IMG/VR virus record: IMGVR_UViG_3300035670_000243
Location: 1-58,340 of that record
Direction: 5' to 3' (one strand)
DNA from: a virus
Taxonomy: Duplodnaviria; Caudoviricetes
DNA length: 58,340 nucleotides
Position 1 is the stretch's first letter. Each line of letters starts with the position of its first letter. The position numbers and the translations under genes were made by a program. The notes beneath the pieces are model-generated. The model did no database searches. It was not told where the DNA came from and was given only the letters and a program-made list of their open reading frames with translations. This document shows, one piece after another, positions 27,584 through 36,762 of this stretch.

Positions 27584-27946
27584 ATGAATGAGTTCTTACG
27601 ATACATTCGCGATAATGACTTGACGCATCAGCAGTTCGCTGCTATGTGCGGGGTTGACCGATCCACTGTCACAAAGTGGATCAAAGGATCAAGATCCCCC
27701 TCGCCCAAGGCGGTGCAGGTTATCAGCAAAAAAACCAAGGGTGAGGTTGCGAGCACTGAGCCCAGCGCGACAGACCCCTACCACAAAAGGCTGATGCTTG
27801 CGCTTCTCAAGAATGGACTGACCATTCGCGATGGCGCAGCAAGGCTGCGGATTAGTCGCAACACTCTGGCGCATTACGTCAAGGGCAAGGCAGAGCCCAG
27901 CGTCAAAACACGCGAGCGAATCTACAAATCTCTGGGGGTCAAATGA
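27584..27946 (+). CDS. Transcriptional regulator with two XRE-type HTH domains
   Basis: LTHQQFAAMCGVDRSTVTKW and LTIRDGAARLRISRNTLAHY; RBS AAGGAG. Confidence 0.8.
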   Translation: MNEFLRYIRDNDLTHQQFAAMCGVDRSTVTKWIKGSRSPSPKAVQVISKKTKGEVASTEPSATDPYHKRLMLALLKNGLTIRDGAARLRISRNTLAHYVKGKAEPSVKTRERIYKSLGVK

Positions 27947-28320
27947 TTGATATTGTCATTTACGGTAAGCCCGTAGGGAAAGCACGCCCACGGTTTGGTC
28001 GCAGCCGCTCTGGGAAGGCGGTAGCGTATACCCCATTCAAGACCAAGAAGTACGAGCAGGAAGTCAAGACCCTCGCGCAAGTTGCCATGTTCGGCAAGTC
28101 CATGCTAGAAGGTCCAGTACGGGTCACGGTCACGGCGTACTTTTCGCACAAGACGAAAACGGGATATCACACATCACGCCCCGATCTTGACAACATCATC
28201 AAGGCAATCCTCGACGGGTTGAACGGCATCGTATTTCACGATGACGCAGCCGTTGCAGAAATCATTGCCTCGAAAAAGTACGGGGAAGATAGGGTGGAGG
28301 TTCAAGTCCAAAATGTCTGA
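27943..28320 (+). CDS. rusA: RusA-family Holliday junction resolvase
   Basis: P.GKARPR, RPDLDNIIKAILDGLNG and DD..V motifs. Confidence 0.88.
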   Translation: MIDIVIYGKPVGKARPRFGRSRSGKAVAYTPFKTKKYEQEVKTLAQVAMFGKSMLEGPVRVTVTAYFSHKTKTGYHTSRPDLDNIIKAILDGLNGIVFHDDAAVAEIIASKKYGEDRVEVQVQNV

Positions 28321-30550
28321 CAACTTCATGCACAAATTTGGCGCGAAGCTGAAAGATGGCGGCTATCGCGTAATCCCCATCATGCCGGGCACCAAGCGCC
28401 CAGGCAGGTGGGACGGCAGCAAGTGGGGGGAACTCTCGCGCTGGAACGATATTGATGCACAACTTGTGCACATTGATATCTGGTCTAACTGGACAGGCTG
28501 CGGTGTCGGCATTCTGACTGGCGAAGTCGTTGCCATCGACATCGACATCCTAGAACCAGACATCGCCGTCATGGTCGGAGAGGTGTTCTCAAGCATCCTC
28601 GGGCGGACCGATATGATCCGTATCGGGAAGTCCCCCAAGGCGCTGTACCTGTACAGAACCAACGAACCGTTCAGCAAGATATCCATGCACCCCATCGAGG
28701 TGCTCGGACTCGGCCAGCAGTTCGTGGCATACGCCATCCACCCGGATACCGGCGAACCATATCGCTGGCCAGTCTCCTCACCGCACGAGACCCCCGTTGG
28801 TGCGCTGCCGCTCGTGACCAAAGAACAGGTGCTGCACGCTTGCGAGGAAGCGTACAAAGTCCTGCCGCCCAACCTTCGCAAGAAGGTGCTGCGCACTGTC
28901 ATCCCAGACAAGGAAGCGAAGGCCTCGCAAGATGGGCTCGTCGGCACCTTTGCTGCGGTCGAAGATGCCCTGCGCTACGTTCCAAACCCAGACCTTTCTT
29001 GGGATGACTGGAACCGAATCGGCATGGCCATCTACTGCGCTACAGAAGCCAAGGGATTCACCATCTTCGATCAGTGGTCGCAATCCTCCGGCAAGTACAA
29101 TCAAACCGAAACCAGCCAGCGGTGGGATCACTACAGCAAGTCGCCGCCCACAAAGATCGGTGCCGGCACACTGTACTTCTTGGCTCAGCAAGGCGGCTGG
29201 GTACCGCCGCCGCACATCGATCTCAACCCGGTCAAGACGGCGAAGGTCGATCTTACCGGGCTCGACAAGATGGCGAAGAAGGTTGTCAGAAGTACGCGAG
29301 AGAATTTCCCACACGAGTGGTTCCAAAGCCCGTCGCTGGTCGGTCGCGTTACCCGCTGGATCAACTCCACCGCGCAGCAACCGCAGCCGACGTTCGCGTT
29401 GATGAACACGCTGTGCATGTTCGGCGCACTCTTCGGACGGCGCTACGCAATGGCTCGACTGAATACGCGCTGCAATATTTTCGTGATCGCCGTCGCAAAG
29501 CCAGGCGCAGGCAAGGATCATTCGCGTCAGCGCATCAAAGAACTGATGGCAAAGTGCGGGCTCGGGCAGTTGATCTGCGGCGACCGGTTCAGCTCCGGTG
29601 TTGCAATCCTGCGGACACTCCACGACTACCCATCCCGCATCTCTCACCTCGATGAGATGGGGCTGTACCTGCAAACGCTGACGTCAAAGAACGCAGCCTC
29701 GCACCAGCGCGACATCATCAAGACCCTGCTCGAGGTGTACTCCTCCAGCAGCGGCGTGTACCACGGGCAAGAATACGCAGACTCCAAAGACCGGCAGCGT
29801 CTCGACATCAATCAGCCAAACTTCAACTTCTTTGGAACGACAACTCCGAGAACGCTGATCCCCGCGCTGAACCACGACATGGTGGATAACGGAACGCTCA
29901 GCCGAATACTTCTCGTGCCGCCGTTCGATGACTACCCGGATGCCCAGATCCCCGAAGTCACTGAAGTCCCGCAGGATGTCATCGAAGATATCCAGCACTC
30001 GGCACAGATTATCCCCTCAGGCATCGGTAACATGACCAACATACCGGGCATCCCCAACTCAGCAGTCGTTCCGATTGTTGTCGAGTGGGAAGAGGAAGCC
30101 TTCGCTGAGTACAGCAAGATGCGTGAGTGGCAAATCAACCAAGCACGCAAGGACGATGCCTTGTGGGTTCGCTACACCGAGATCACCGTGAAGATTGGAA
30201 TGATCGAAGCCATCGCACGAGATCCGGTGAGCCCCATCTTGACGCTCGACATCTTCAAGATGGCTAACGATCTGACCCGCTGGTCGTTCAACTACACCTC
30301 GGATCTGATCGTCAAGGAAATCTCAGAGAACGAAATCGAAGCCTCGCACAAAAAGGTACTCAACATCATTCGCAAGTCTGGCGATGCCGGCATGAGCACC
30401 ACACAAATCACCAAGGTCTGCCAAGGAATGAAGGCGCGAGATCGAAACGAAATCCTGCAAACCCTTGTCGAGTCCGGAGACCTGCTGGAAGAAGTAATCA
30501 AGGGTGGACCGGGACGGGATCGCCGGGTCTATCGCGCAAGGCTCAGATAA
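28313..30550 (+). CDS. Primase-polymerase with PriCT-2 and C-terminal helicase-like domain
   Basis: GILTG.VVAIDID prim-pol motif; W..IGMA..FDQWS..SGKY PriCT-2; PGAGKD Walker A and LDE Walker B. Confidence 0.85.
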   Translation: MSDNFMHKFGAKLKDGGYRVIPIMPGTKRPGRWDGSKWGELSRWNDIDAQLVHIDIWSNWTGCGVGILTGEVVAIDIDILEPDIAVMVGEVFSSILGRTDMIRIGKSPKALYLYRTNEPFSKISMHPIEVLGLGQQFVAYAIHPDTGEPYRWPVSSPHETPVGALPLVTKEQVLHACEEAYKVLPPNLRKKVLRTVIPDKEAKASQDGLVGTFAAVEDALRYVPNPDLSWDDWNRIGMAIYCATEAKGFTIFDQWSQSSGKYNQTETSQRWDHYSKSPPTKIGAGTLYFLAQQGGWVPPPHIDLNPVKTAKVDLTGLDKMAKKVVRSTRENFPHEWFQSPSLVGRVTRWINSTAQQPQPTFALMNTLCMFGALFGRRYAMARLNTRCNIFVIAVAKPGAGKDHSRQRIKELMAKCGLGQLICGDRFSSGVAILRTLHDYPSRISHLDEMGLYLQTLTSKNAASHQRDIIKTLLEVYSSSSGVYHGQEYADSKDRQRLDINQPNFNFFGTTTPRTLIPALNHDMVDNGTLSRILLVPPFDDYPDAQIPEVTEVPQDVIEDIQHSAQIIPSGIGNMTNIPGIPNSAVVPIVVEWEEEAFAEYSKMREWQINQARKDDALWVRYTEITVKIGMIEAIARDPVSPILTLDIFKMANDLTRWSFNYTSDLIVKEISENEIEASHKKVLNIIRKSGDAGMSTTQITKVCQGMKARDRNEILQTLVESGDLLEEVIKGGPGRDRRVYRARLR

Positions 30551-30575
30551 AAAAGCCCCGGCACGAAGCCGGGGC
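30549..30575 (-). terminator. Rho-independent terminator for the leftward accessory operon
   Basis: GCCCCGGC-5nt-GCCGGGGC hairpin followed by T6 on the minus strand. Confidence 0.75.
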
Positions 30576-30622
30576 AAGTCTCACAACTAACAGGAGATAA
30601 CATGAGATAGCACGGGGGGATC

Positions 30623-30970
30623 TTATCCCCTCGGGTCCTTGTTCGCAAGCCAAGAGACATACCACAACGTCTTGTTGGCATCCTGCTCAACGGCATCCTT
30701 GTGCCCGAGCCTCCAGAGATACGCCACTGCCGTACCCTTCAGAAACCCCCTCCACTCATCCTCAGTCAGCATCGACTTGATGGCATCGATGCACTCGATG
30801 TCACCCTTCTTGTAATGGCTTGGGTTTACGGGATCGCTTCTTTCGCTTGGCGTGGCTGATTCGCGCCATTCTCTGATAGTGCTCTCGAGATCTGCGTTTC
30901 TTGTCTCCTGTAGCAGAGCTTCCACCTCGCTTGCCGATAGTGGATAAGTACTGTTTGACGGCATCCTCAT
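30623..30970 (-). CDS. DUF3310-family protein
   Basis: DPVNPSHY..GDIECIDAI..YLWR..K..QD..K..WY. Confidence 0.85.
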   Translation of the reverse strand: MRMPSNSTYPLSASEVEALLQETRNADLESTIREWRESATPSERSDPVNPSHYKKGDIECIDAIKSMLTEDEWRGFLKGTAVAYLWRLGHKDAVEQDANKTLWYVSWLANKDPRG

Positions 30971-32346
30971 TAACCTCCATTACTGAAACTCCCTAATACT
31001 TCTACAACTCGTTCGATCACATTATCCCACGGAGCCACCATGTTGCTGCGAGGGAATATCTGAACGCTCGGGTACCACAGGCTGCGACCCTCTCGGGTGT
31101 TGCCCCAGTACCACAACTTGTTGGCGTCCATCAAAAGAACCGGAACACCCAGAGCGCCCGCCAGGTGGACAGTGGAACTGCTGATCGAAACCACCACATC
31201 GCACTGCTCGCACAGCGCAGCCAGCCCCTCAAAATCGCCCCAGAGGTCCACAGAGGCGGTCACCACGTTCGTCCCATGCGCACGGTTGAACTCGTCCATC
31301 GCCCGCTTATCGCTGCCGTATTGCAGGTTTAGGATGTTGTAGTCGCCCTTTAAGATCGGCATCAACTGCTCAAGGTTGACGCTCTTGTGCGGGCCAATCT
31401 TGATCGCCGTACTGATCCACGAGATACCCACCGTCAGCTTGTTCGGGTCAAGCCCCAAATCCTGGCGGTACTTCTCAACCAGTTCCAAATCTGCCTTCAG
31501 GTACCGCCTGGCTGCGTGCACCGGAATGTCATCCAGCTCCTGAATAAATGTGCTCCCGATACTGGCGAACGGAATCTGCGTTTCATGTAACGCAGCCTCC
31601 ACCTGGTCGAGGTTCGACATGAAGTTGATGTCCGGCATCGACCGCTTGAAAAGGGGAATCAATCTCGAGTCCAGCATCGCCGTCACGTAGTTAGCCTGCT
31701 TTCGAATCGCCGGCAGTAAAGACCCGTAGATAATCTGATCCCCAATCCCCTGCTCGCCCCAAACCAGTACCGACTTCGACGGACTGCCAGAAAACCACTG
31801 CGGTTTCTCTGTCACCAGCTTGCGGCTCTTGAACCGCTCGCTCAACCACCGCTTCTCGTACAACGGCCAGCCCGTCTTGAAGTCGTTCATCTGCAACGAC
31901 AACAACCCCAAGATCCAGTTCGCATTCGGATCGTTCGGGGAAATCTCATTCGCACGGCGGAAGTCCGCGAGCGCATCCTCGTACCGGCGCATCTCCCAGT
32001 TCGCAGCCCCTCGCTGAATCACCGCGTGCAAGTACGTTGGATTAATCTCCAACACCCTGTTGAACTCCACGATGGCATCGTCGTACCGCTGCTGCGAGGC
32101 GACCACAATCCCAAGGTTCACCAGATCATCCTCATCCGGCTTCATCCGCTTGAGCGCAGATCGGTAATATCTCTCGGCTTCCTGAAACTGACCCTTGATC
32201 TGACAAAGCCTGGCCTTCGCACGGTACGCAATCGGATCAGCCGGTGCCATCGCAATCGCCAGATTGCACAGGTCCATAGCCTCTTCGTATTTCTTCGCCT
32301 GAAACCGCTGCTCGATCTGCTTGATGATCTCTTTGTGGTTTTTCAT
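30970..32346 (-). CDS. TPR-repeat protein fused to a GT9-like glycosyltransferase
   Basis: N-terminal TPRs; EQGIGDQI, LQYG and SSSTVHLAGALG.P..WYPS motifs. Confidence 0.85.
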   Translation of the reverse strand: MKNHKEIIKQIEQRFQAKKYEEAMDLCNLAIAMAPADPIAYRAKARLCQIKGQFQEAERYYRSALKRMKPDEDDLVNLGIVVASQQRYDDAIVEFNRVLEINPTYLHAVIQRGAANWEMRRYEDALADFRRANEISPNDPNANWILGLLSLQMNDFKTGWPLYEKRWLSERFKSRKLVTEKPQWFSGSPSKSVLVWGEQGIGDQIIYGSLLPAIRKQANYVTAMLDSRLIPLFKRSMPDINFMSNLDQVEAALHETQIPFASIGSTFIQELDDIPVHAARRYLKADLELVEKYRQDLGLDPNKLTVGISWISTAIKIGPHKSVNLEQLMPILKGDYNILNLQYGSDKRAMDEFNRAHGTNVVTASVDLWGDFEGLAALCEQCDVVVSISSSTVHLAGALGVPVLLMDANKLWYWGNTREGRSLWYPSVQIFPRSNMVAPWDNVIERVVEVLGSFSNGG

Positions 32347-33014
32347 ATGATGGATGCCACCGCCATCCACTCCTTCCCAAACTCAACGTCGCACCAGTCC
32401 TTGAACCAAGGACCACCCCTCGTGAAGTGAACCGCTACCGGGTCGGGCTCATCCGTCCTCGTGTACCACCCCTCAAGATAGTTGTACGACACCGGCAAGT
32501 GACCAATCACATCATCACTAAGCCACTCAAACCTGTGAAGATAACTCGGCGTTGCCACATTCACAATCTCTGGCGTTAGTCGCTTAACTTGTTCATGCTC
32601 ACAGTTGATGAACATGAATGAACTCCAGTTCTTGCGAGGGTAAAGATGCTGCGGTCGATGATCCATTTTGATCGCTTCGGTAGGCCGGTAGTCGTGCGGT
32701 ACAACGAAGCACGCTTTTGTCCGGTCGGCATAGTCAAGCAGTCCCGCAATATCCCGCCGGAACAAAAAATCGCAGTCGCAAAACAAGGCCCAGCCGGTAT
32801 ACCCCGCGAGGTGTGGAGTCAGAAACCGCGTAATGCTGAACTCCGTAGATGCAAGCGCATCGACACCACGCCAATAGATACCCTGCTCGCGCAACTCGTT
32901 CTGCTTTATCGGAACGATGTCTAAGGGGATCGAACTCGTCAGCTTCAGCGACTGCTCGCAAACTTGATACGCCACATCTTCGCGACTGTCGTACCCAATA
33001 AATACTTTAAGCAT
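32343..33014 (-). CDS. Glycosyltransferase (GT-A fold, GT8-like)
   Basis: FIGYDSRE, STEFS.TRFL.P, DCD, PRKNWSS and HFT.GGPW motifs. Confidence 0.85.
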   Translation of the reverse strand: MLKVFIGYDSREDVAYQVCEQSLKLTSSIPLDIVPIKQNELREQGIYWRGVDALASTEFSITRFLTPHLAGYTGWALFCDCDFLFRRDIAGLLDYADRTKACFVVPHDYRPTEAIKMDHRPQHLYPRKNWSSFMFINCEHEQVKRLTPEIVNVATPSYLHRFEWLSDDVIGHLPVSYNYLEGWYTRTDEPDPVAVHFTRGGPWFKDWCDVEFGKEWMAVASII

Positions 33015-33678
33015 TTAAGAAAGCCTCTTTACGCGCCGGCCCCTTGTAGTGCAGCACCTTCGGCACTTGATCCGGTAACCGCCTGTCAGGCAGACAGGCA
33101 TACTCGCTTTCCTCAACCTCGCCCACCAACTCCGGCAGTAGCATGTTCGAGTACACCTTCAGCGCCTCTTGATCCCCATACCACTTGCGTAGCGGCTCAT
33201 CCATGAACCCCATCAGAATCGCCATGCACTTCCACGCATGGTAGTTACTGGTAATCGTCATGCACCCAAGGTACGGGTACAACGTACCGAGCGGAATGCC
33301 GTGGTACTTCTTGAATACCCCGCCACGCTGCTCCCCGTTGAAGCCCGCCTCGCGATCAAACGAGCGGCGGCAGAACACCACCTCGCGTTCGCCCAATACC
33401 GCAGCCGGTAAGAACGGAAGTACGAACAGCATGTCCGTGTCAATGTACGCCGCCGGCTGTGTGATCTTCGCATCCGCAAATGCCCGCGTCCGCCAGTACA
33501 TGATCTGCTCGTAGTTACCCTGCGAGTACTTGTAATCGTCAACGCCAGGCACCTGCGGAGTAGCATCGTCCGTGCACATCGTAACCTGCGAGTCAGGCAT
33601 CACCGCCTTCAGCGACTGCACCATCTTCGTCGGGAACGTAATGTCAGCACCAACGTGAAAGAATACAAAGCGACTCAC
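33007..33678 (-). CDS. Glycosyltransferase-like protein (GT-A, DxD)
   Basis: YIDTDML, WYGDQ.AL and LHYKG..K motifs. Confidence 0.7.
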   Translation of the reverse strand: MSRFVFFHVGADITFPTKMVQSLKAVMPDSQVTMCTDDATPQVPGVDDYKYSQGNYEQIMYWRTRAFADAKITQPAAYIDTDMLFVLPFLPAAVLGEREVVFCRRSFDREAGFNGEQRGGVFKKYHGIPLGTLYPYLGCMTITSNYHAWKCMAILMGFMDEPLRKWYGDQEALKVYSNMLLPELVGEVEESEYACLPDRRLPDQVPKVLHYKGPARKEAFLNA

Positions 33679-33977
33679 TCCACCACCTCCAGCGGATCTT
33701 TCACAACAACAATCGACGACTCCGCAGAATGCGTGCCGTACTTCACCAGTAACTCCGCAGCCCTCTCGAGAGTCTGCTTGCGTACCAATACCGCCAGCTT
33801 GCACAAGATCTGCGGGTGAGTCTTCGGGGTCAACGGGCCAGACTGGTCGTACTCTTCAGCGACCTTCTCAACAAACGCCCAGTTGAAAATGTCCAACTCC
33901 CCAGTCGGACCAATCTTGCACCACACCTTGTCCTTGTCCTCAACCTCGATCTTCTCCATGTAATCAAACTCGCTCAT
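33675..33977 (-). CDS. Hypothetical protein
   Basis: Coupled ORF within the operon. Confidence 0.55.
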   Translation of the reverse strand: MSEFDYMEKIEVEDKDKVWCKIGPTGELDIFNWAFVEKVAEEYDQSGPLTPKTHPQILCKLAVLVRKQTLERAAELLVKYGTHSAESSIVVVKDPLEVVE

Positions 33978-34684
33978 TTGACATCCTTCCGTATGACCAA
34001 CATTTGTGGGTAGTAACTAAACTCTTTGACCGGCCCTCGCGCATCAACTACACGCATCAGCGTGTCCATCAAGTCCAAGATGCTGCGCCGGTCGTTCACT
34101 GCGTTCGGATCAAAGTGGCTGCGGAACTGCTCAGTGTACGCCTTATTATAGGTACACCGCAGATCCTCAATTACGTAGTACCCGCCAGGTCTAACCCAGT
34201 CCCAGCAGTTCTCAAACATCGCAACGATCTGCTCCGAAATGTGCGAAGCATCGTCAATAAAAATGTCAAAGCAAAAGTCCGGCGCATCCATCTTCGCCGG
34301 ATCGCCAATCACAATGTTCACGTTATGCAAGTTCTCGCATAACCCCGCGCACTCCGGGCGGATGTCGTAGCCGTAAATCGTAGAGCTTGGCAAGTAGTTC
34401 GCGAATGCCCGCAGGCTCGCACCGCAAGCAACCCCGGCTTCGGCAATCATAAAGTCACAGTCCGCTCGAGGGAGATCCTCTGCGCAAATCAGCCGGTCGA
34501 TAAGACGCTCGTACACATCAGTGTATCGATGCTTGATCGTACCCTTGTCGCTGCCGTATAGATCGCACAGCCCGGTCAGCGTCATCTCACGTAGGTTCAC
34601 CTCGCCCGTGTTCGGCAAGTACTCCTCTGGCTTTACGGTATCCAGATACCGACGAACGCCGCCCCTCGACATCGGATCAGTCAT
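33974..34684 (-). CDS. Class I SAM-dependent methyltransferase (sugar O-methyltransferase-like)
   Basis: GSDK..H.Y..YE, E.GV..GAS, DIFIDDASH and GGYYVIEDL motifs. Confidence 0.8.
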   Translation of the reverse strand: MTDPMSRGGVRRYLDTVKPEEYLPNTGEVNLREMTLTGLCDLYGSDKGTIKHRYTDVYERLIDRLICAEDLPRADCDFMIAEAGVACGASLRAFANYLPSSTIYGYDIRPECAGLCENLHNVNIVIGDPAKMDAPDFCFDIFIDDASHISEQIVAMFENCWDWVRPGGYYVIEDLRCTYNKAYTEQFRSHFDPNAVNDRRSILDLMDTLMRVVDARGPVKEFSYYPQMLVIRKDVK

Positions 34685-34874
34685 GCTTCCTCCTGCGCGT
34701 GAAATACATGAACGCCATCCCAGCGACTACGCCGGCAGAGAACTGCCACGGCAGGACGATCACTAGCCAGATCGCAATCCCAAGCGGAATCGCAACCAAC
34801 ACAAACATCACAAACAACACAAACACAATGCCGCGTATTGTCGGCGGCGCTGCTCCCATGGCTGGCATGTTCAT
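34677..34874 (-). CDS. Small membrane protein
   Basis: Two hydrophobic segments and a basic C-terminus. Confidence 0.5.
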   Translation of the reverse strand: MNMPAMGAAPPTIRGIVFVLFVMFVLVAIPLGIAIWLVIVLPWQFSAGVVAGMAFMYFTRRRKHD

Positions 34875-35083
34875 ACCCTCATAGCTGCGGCGACAAGCGT
34901 GGCGAACTTTTCGATCTCCTCCAGCGAGGCCCAGGCGGGGATGAAGTAGTCCTCCGACAGGTCTACTTTGTCGAGCAGGCCTGCTTGGCGGGCAAGTTCG
35001 ATCACTTCACGGCTAGGCAAGCGGTCATTTGTGGCCGGTTGCATTACCTTTGTCCGGTTAAGCGGTCGTTTATGGCCGGTCAT
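34871..35083 (-). CDS. Small hypothetical protein (LARQAG..EKFA.LV type)
   Basis: Coupled ORF; motif shared with neighbours. Confidence 0.5.
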   Translation of the reverse strand: MTGHKRPLNRTKVMQPATNDRLPSREVIELARQAGLLDKVDLSEDYFIPAWASLEEIEKFATLVAAAMRV

Positions 35084-35259
35084 GGCTGCGGCTCCTCAAA
35101 CTTGAACCACTCGCATACTTGGTTCATAACTTCACGCCGAATCTCTTCGATCATTGCGTCCTCACTCGGCGCATCGGTGTATTTGAATGCGCGACGCACA
35201 CCAATCGCCACGCCGTCATCCACGGCCATCTGCAATACCTTGTAAGTATCTGGCTTCAT
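35080..35259 (-). CDS. Small hypothetical protein (59 aa, MKPDTYKVLQMAVDDGV..EWFKFE)
   Basis: Translated by hand; RBS AAGGA; below the ORF-track cutoff. Confidence 0.55.
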   Translation of the reverse strand: MKPDTYKVLQMAVDDGVAIGVRRAFKYTDAPSEDAMIEEIRREVMNQVCEWFKFEEPQP

Positions 35260-35280
35260 TGTTCATTCCTTATTGGCCGG

Positions 35281-35640
35281 TCATGGCTTGTTGACTCCCT
35301 GTGCTAGAGCAAGGAACTTCTCCAGTTTTTGCACGGTGATTTCCGTGCTACTCGTTCCGAATACGATCCCGGCTTTCTCGGCAAGTTTGACCACGTTATA
35401 TAACTCACCACCTTCCAGCGACCGGGCGCACTCCGCGCAGTGTGTTTTCTTACGCAGCCTTGGGTAGAGGTTGCAGTAATCGCAAGTCAGTTCCTTGTCC
35501 ATCCACTGCCAGCCGAAGCACAGTCGCATCATGGCGCGGTGGAATGCGTGAGGTTTACGGGTCACTCCAAACTGCTGGACACCCTCTGCGCCCGGCAGTA
35601 GCCAACGGCCAAGTTCTTTCTTCTGATGCACAGATGTCAT
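35281..35640 (-). CDS. Hypothetical protein with Zn-ribbon-like Cys pairs
   Basis: CDYC..CAEC; coupled start. Confidence 0.5.
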   Translation of the reverse strand: MTSVHQKKELGRWLLPGAEGVQQFGVTRKPHAFHRAMMRLCFGWQWMDKELTCDYCNLYPRLRKKTHCAECARSLEGGELYNVVKLAEKAGIVFGTSSTEITVQKLEKFLALAQGVNKP

Positions 35641-35897
35641 TTGCTTTCTCCCCTCGCACGGATGGCGGTGGCGCATCGCTCAAGTGTTGGAATATGCGTC
35701 AATTCTGTTGGGTCTTGCGGCACCGGAATATCCTCACACACCTTCGCACACGCCTCTCGCTCACGCTCGGCAACGAGGGCGGCGAAGCGTTCAAGATGTT
35801 TGTTGATGTGAATTCCATCGACGCTTACCGCCCAGATGTCAAAGTTCACCTCAAACCCCGCCTCCCGCGCCATTCGGATGATGTCTTTGCTAATCAT
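35637..35897 (-). CDS. Small phage protein (IIRMAREAG..EREACAKVCE..AIRARG type)
   Basis: Recognisable motif of small accessory phage proteins. Confidence 0.65.
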   Translation of the reverse strand: MISKDIIRMAREAGFEVNFDIWAVSVDGIHINKHLERFAALVAEREREACAKVCEDIPVPQDPTELTHIPTLERCATAIRARGESK

Positions 35898-36082
35898 GGC
35901 TTCTTCTCCACCACTTCGCACACGCCGATCTCAATGATCTTGTCGATGCAGCACTTCATGCAGAACGTCTTCGACCATCCGTCCGTGCTGACGAGGACAG
36001 TACCGACAATCGTGCCGTGTACTGGGCAGTCGTATTCCGGCTGTTTGATAATTAGGCTTTCGATATTTGATTGTGTGGTCAT
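35894..36082 (-). CDS. Small Cys-rich hypothetical protein
   Basis: CPVHG..FCMKC. Confidence 0.5.
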   Translation of the reverse strand: MTTQSNIESLIIKQPEYDCPVHGTIVGTVLVSTDGWSKTFCMKCCIDKIIEIGVCEVVEKKP

Positions 36083-36086
36083 TTGT

Positions 36087-36305
36087 TTATCCTCCAATTC
36101 CTACATCACCAGTCTCGGGATCAATTCGGATTCGCTGTTTGCCGTCGTGACCGTAGTATTTAATGGGGTTCTGTTCTAATGCAGCGCGGAGGGCGACAGT
36201 TACAGCCCAATCCTCTGGGTACATGTCCATCTGCCCGATTGACTCCAAAACCTTTAGCGCCTCCTCGGCTGCTTTGCGTAGGTCGGTGATGTCGTCGCGG
36301 TTCAT
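36087..36305 (-). CDS. Hypothetical protein
   Basis: LRKAAEEAL..ALRAALEQ; RBS AGGAG. Confidence 0.5.
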   Translation of the reverse strand: MNRDDITDLRKAAEEALKVLESIGQMDMYPEDWAVTVALRAALEQNPIKYYGHDGKQRIRIDPETGDVGIGG

Positions 36306-36454
36306 TTCTCTACTCCTAGGGCTTTGCATAGATCGTAGTACGCAATCCCAAACCAAAGAAAAAACATAACGCCAATCATGTACGGCAGAATCCATATTGG
36401 AGAAGTCACAATTATTAGTACGGCGGCAACCCTCTTCCAGAAGTCTCGGGTCAT
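36302..36454 (-). CDS. Small membrane protein
   Basis: Hydrophobic 50-aa coupled ORF. Confidence 0.4.
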   Translation of the reverse strand: MTRDFWKRVAAVLIIVTSPIWILPYMIGVMFFLWFGIAYYDLCKALGVEK

Positions 36455-36648
36455 GGCTCTTGCACCCACCGCGCATCCGCAGCCTTCAGTGTCTTCACTT
36501 CCTGCTCCAGCTCCGCAATTCGCTTGAGGTAGTACCATATCCGCTCGCGCATCTCCCGTATCTCCTGGCGGTACTCCGTTTCAGTGTGACTCCTTGCGTC
36601 CCACTCCCGCTGCCACGCCCCCGGCGGGCTTTCTCTGTCGATTTGCAT
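36451..36648 (-). CDS. Small coiled-coil hypothetical protein
   Basis: RBS AGGAG; coupled ORF. Confidence 0.5.
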   Translation of the reverse strand: MQIDRESPPGAWQREWDARSHTETEYRQEIREMRERIWYYLKRIAELEQEVKTLKAADARWVQEP

Positions 36649-36762
36649 GTCTCGTTCTCCTGTAGATTCTTACCGTCTTGCCAGTGTCACTACAAAATGA
36701 ATTCATCCAAACCTTTTTCGAGTCCCGCTCCAGCACCGACTCGCAGTGCGAGCAGTAGTACT

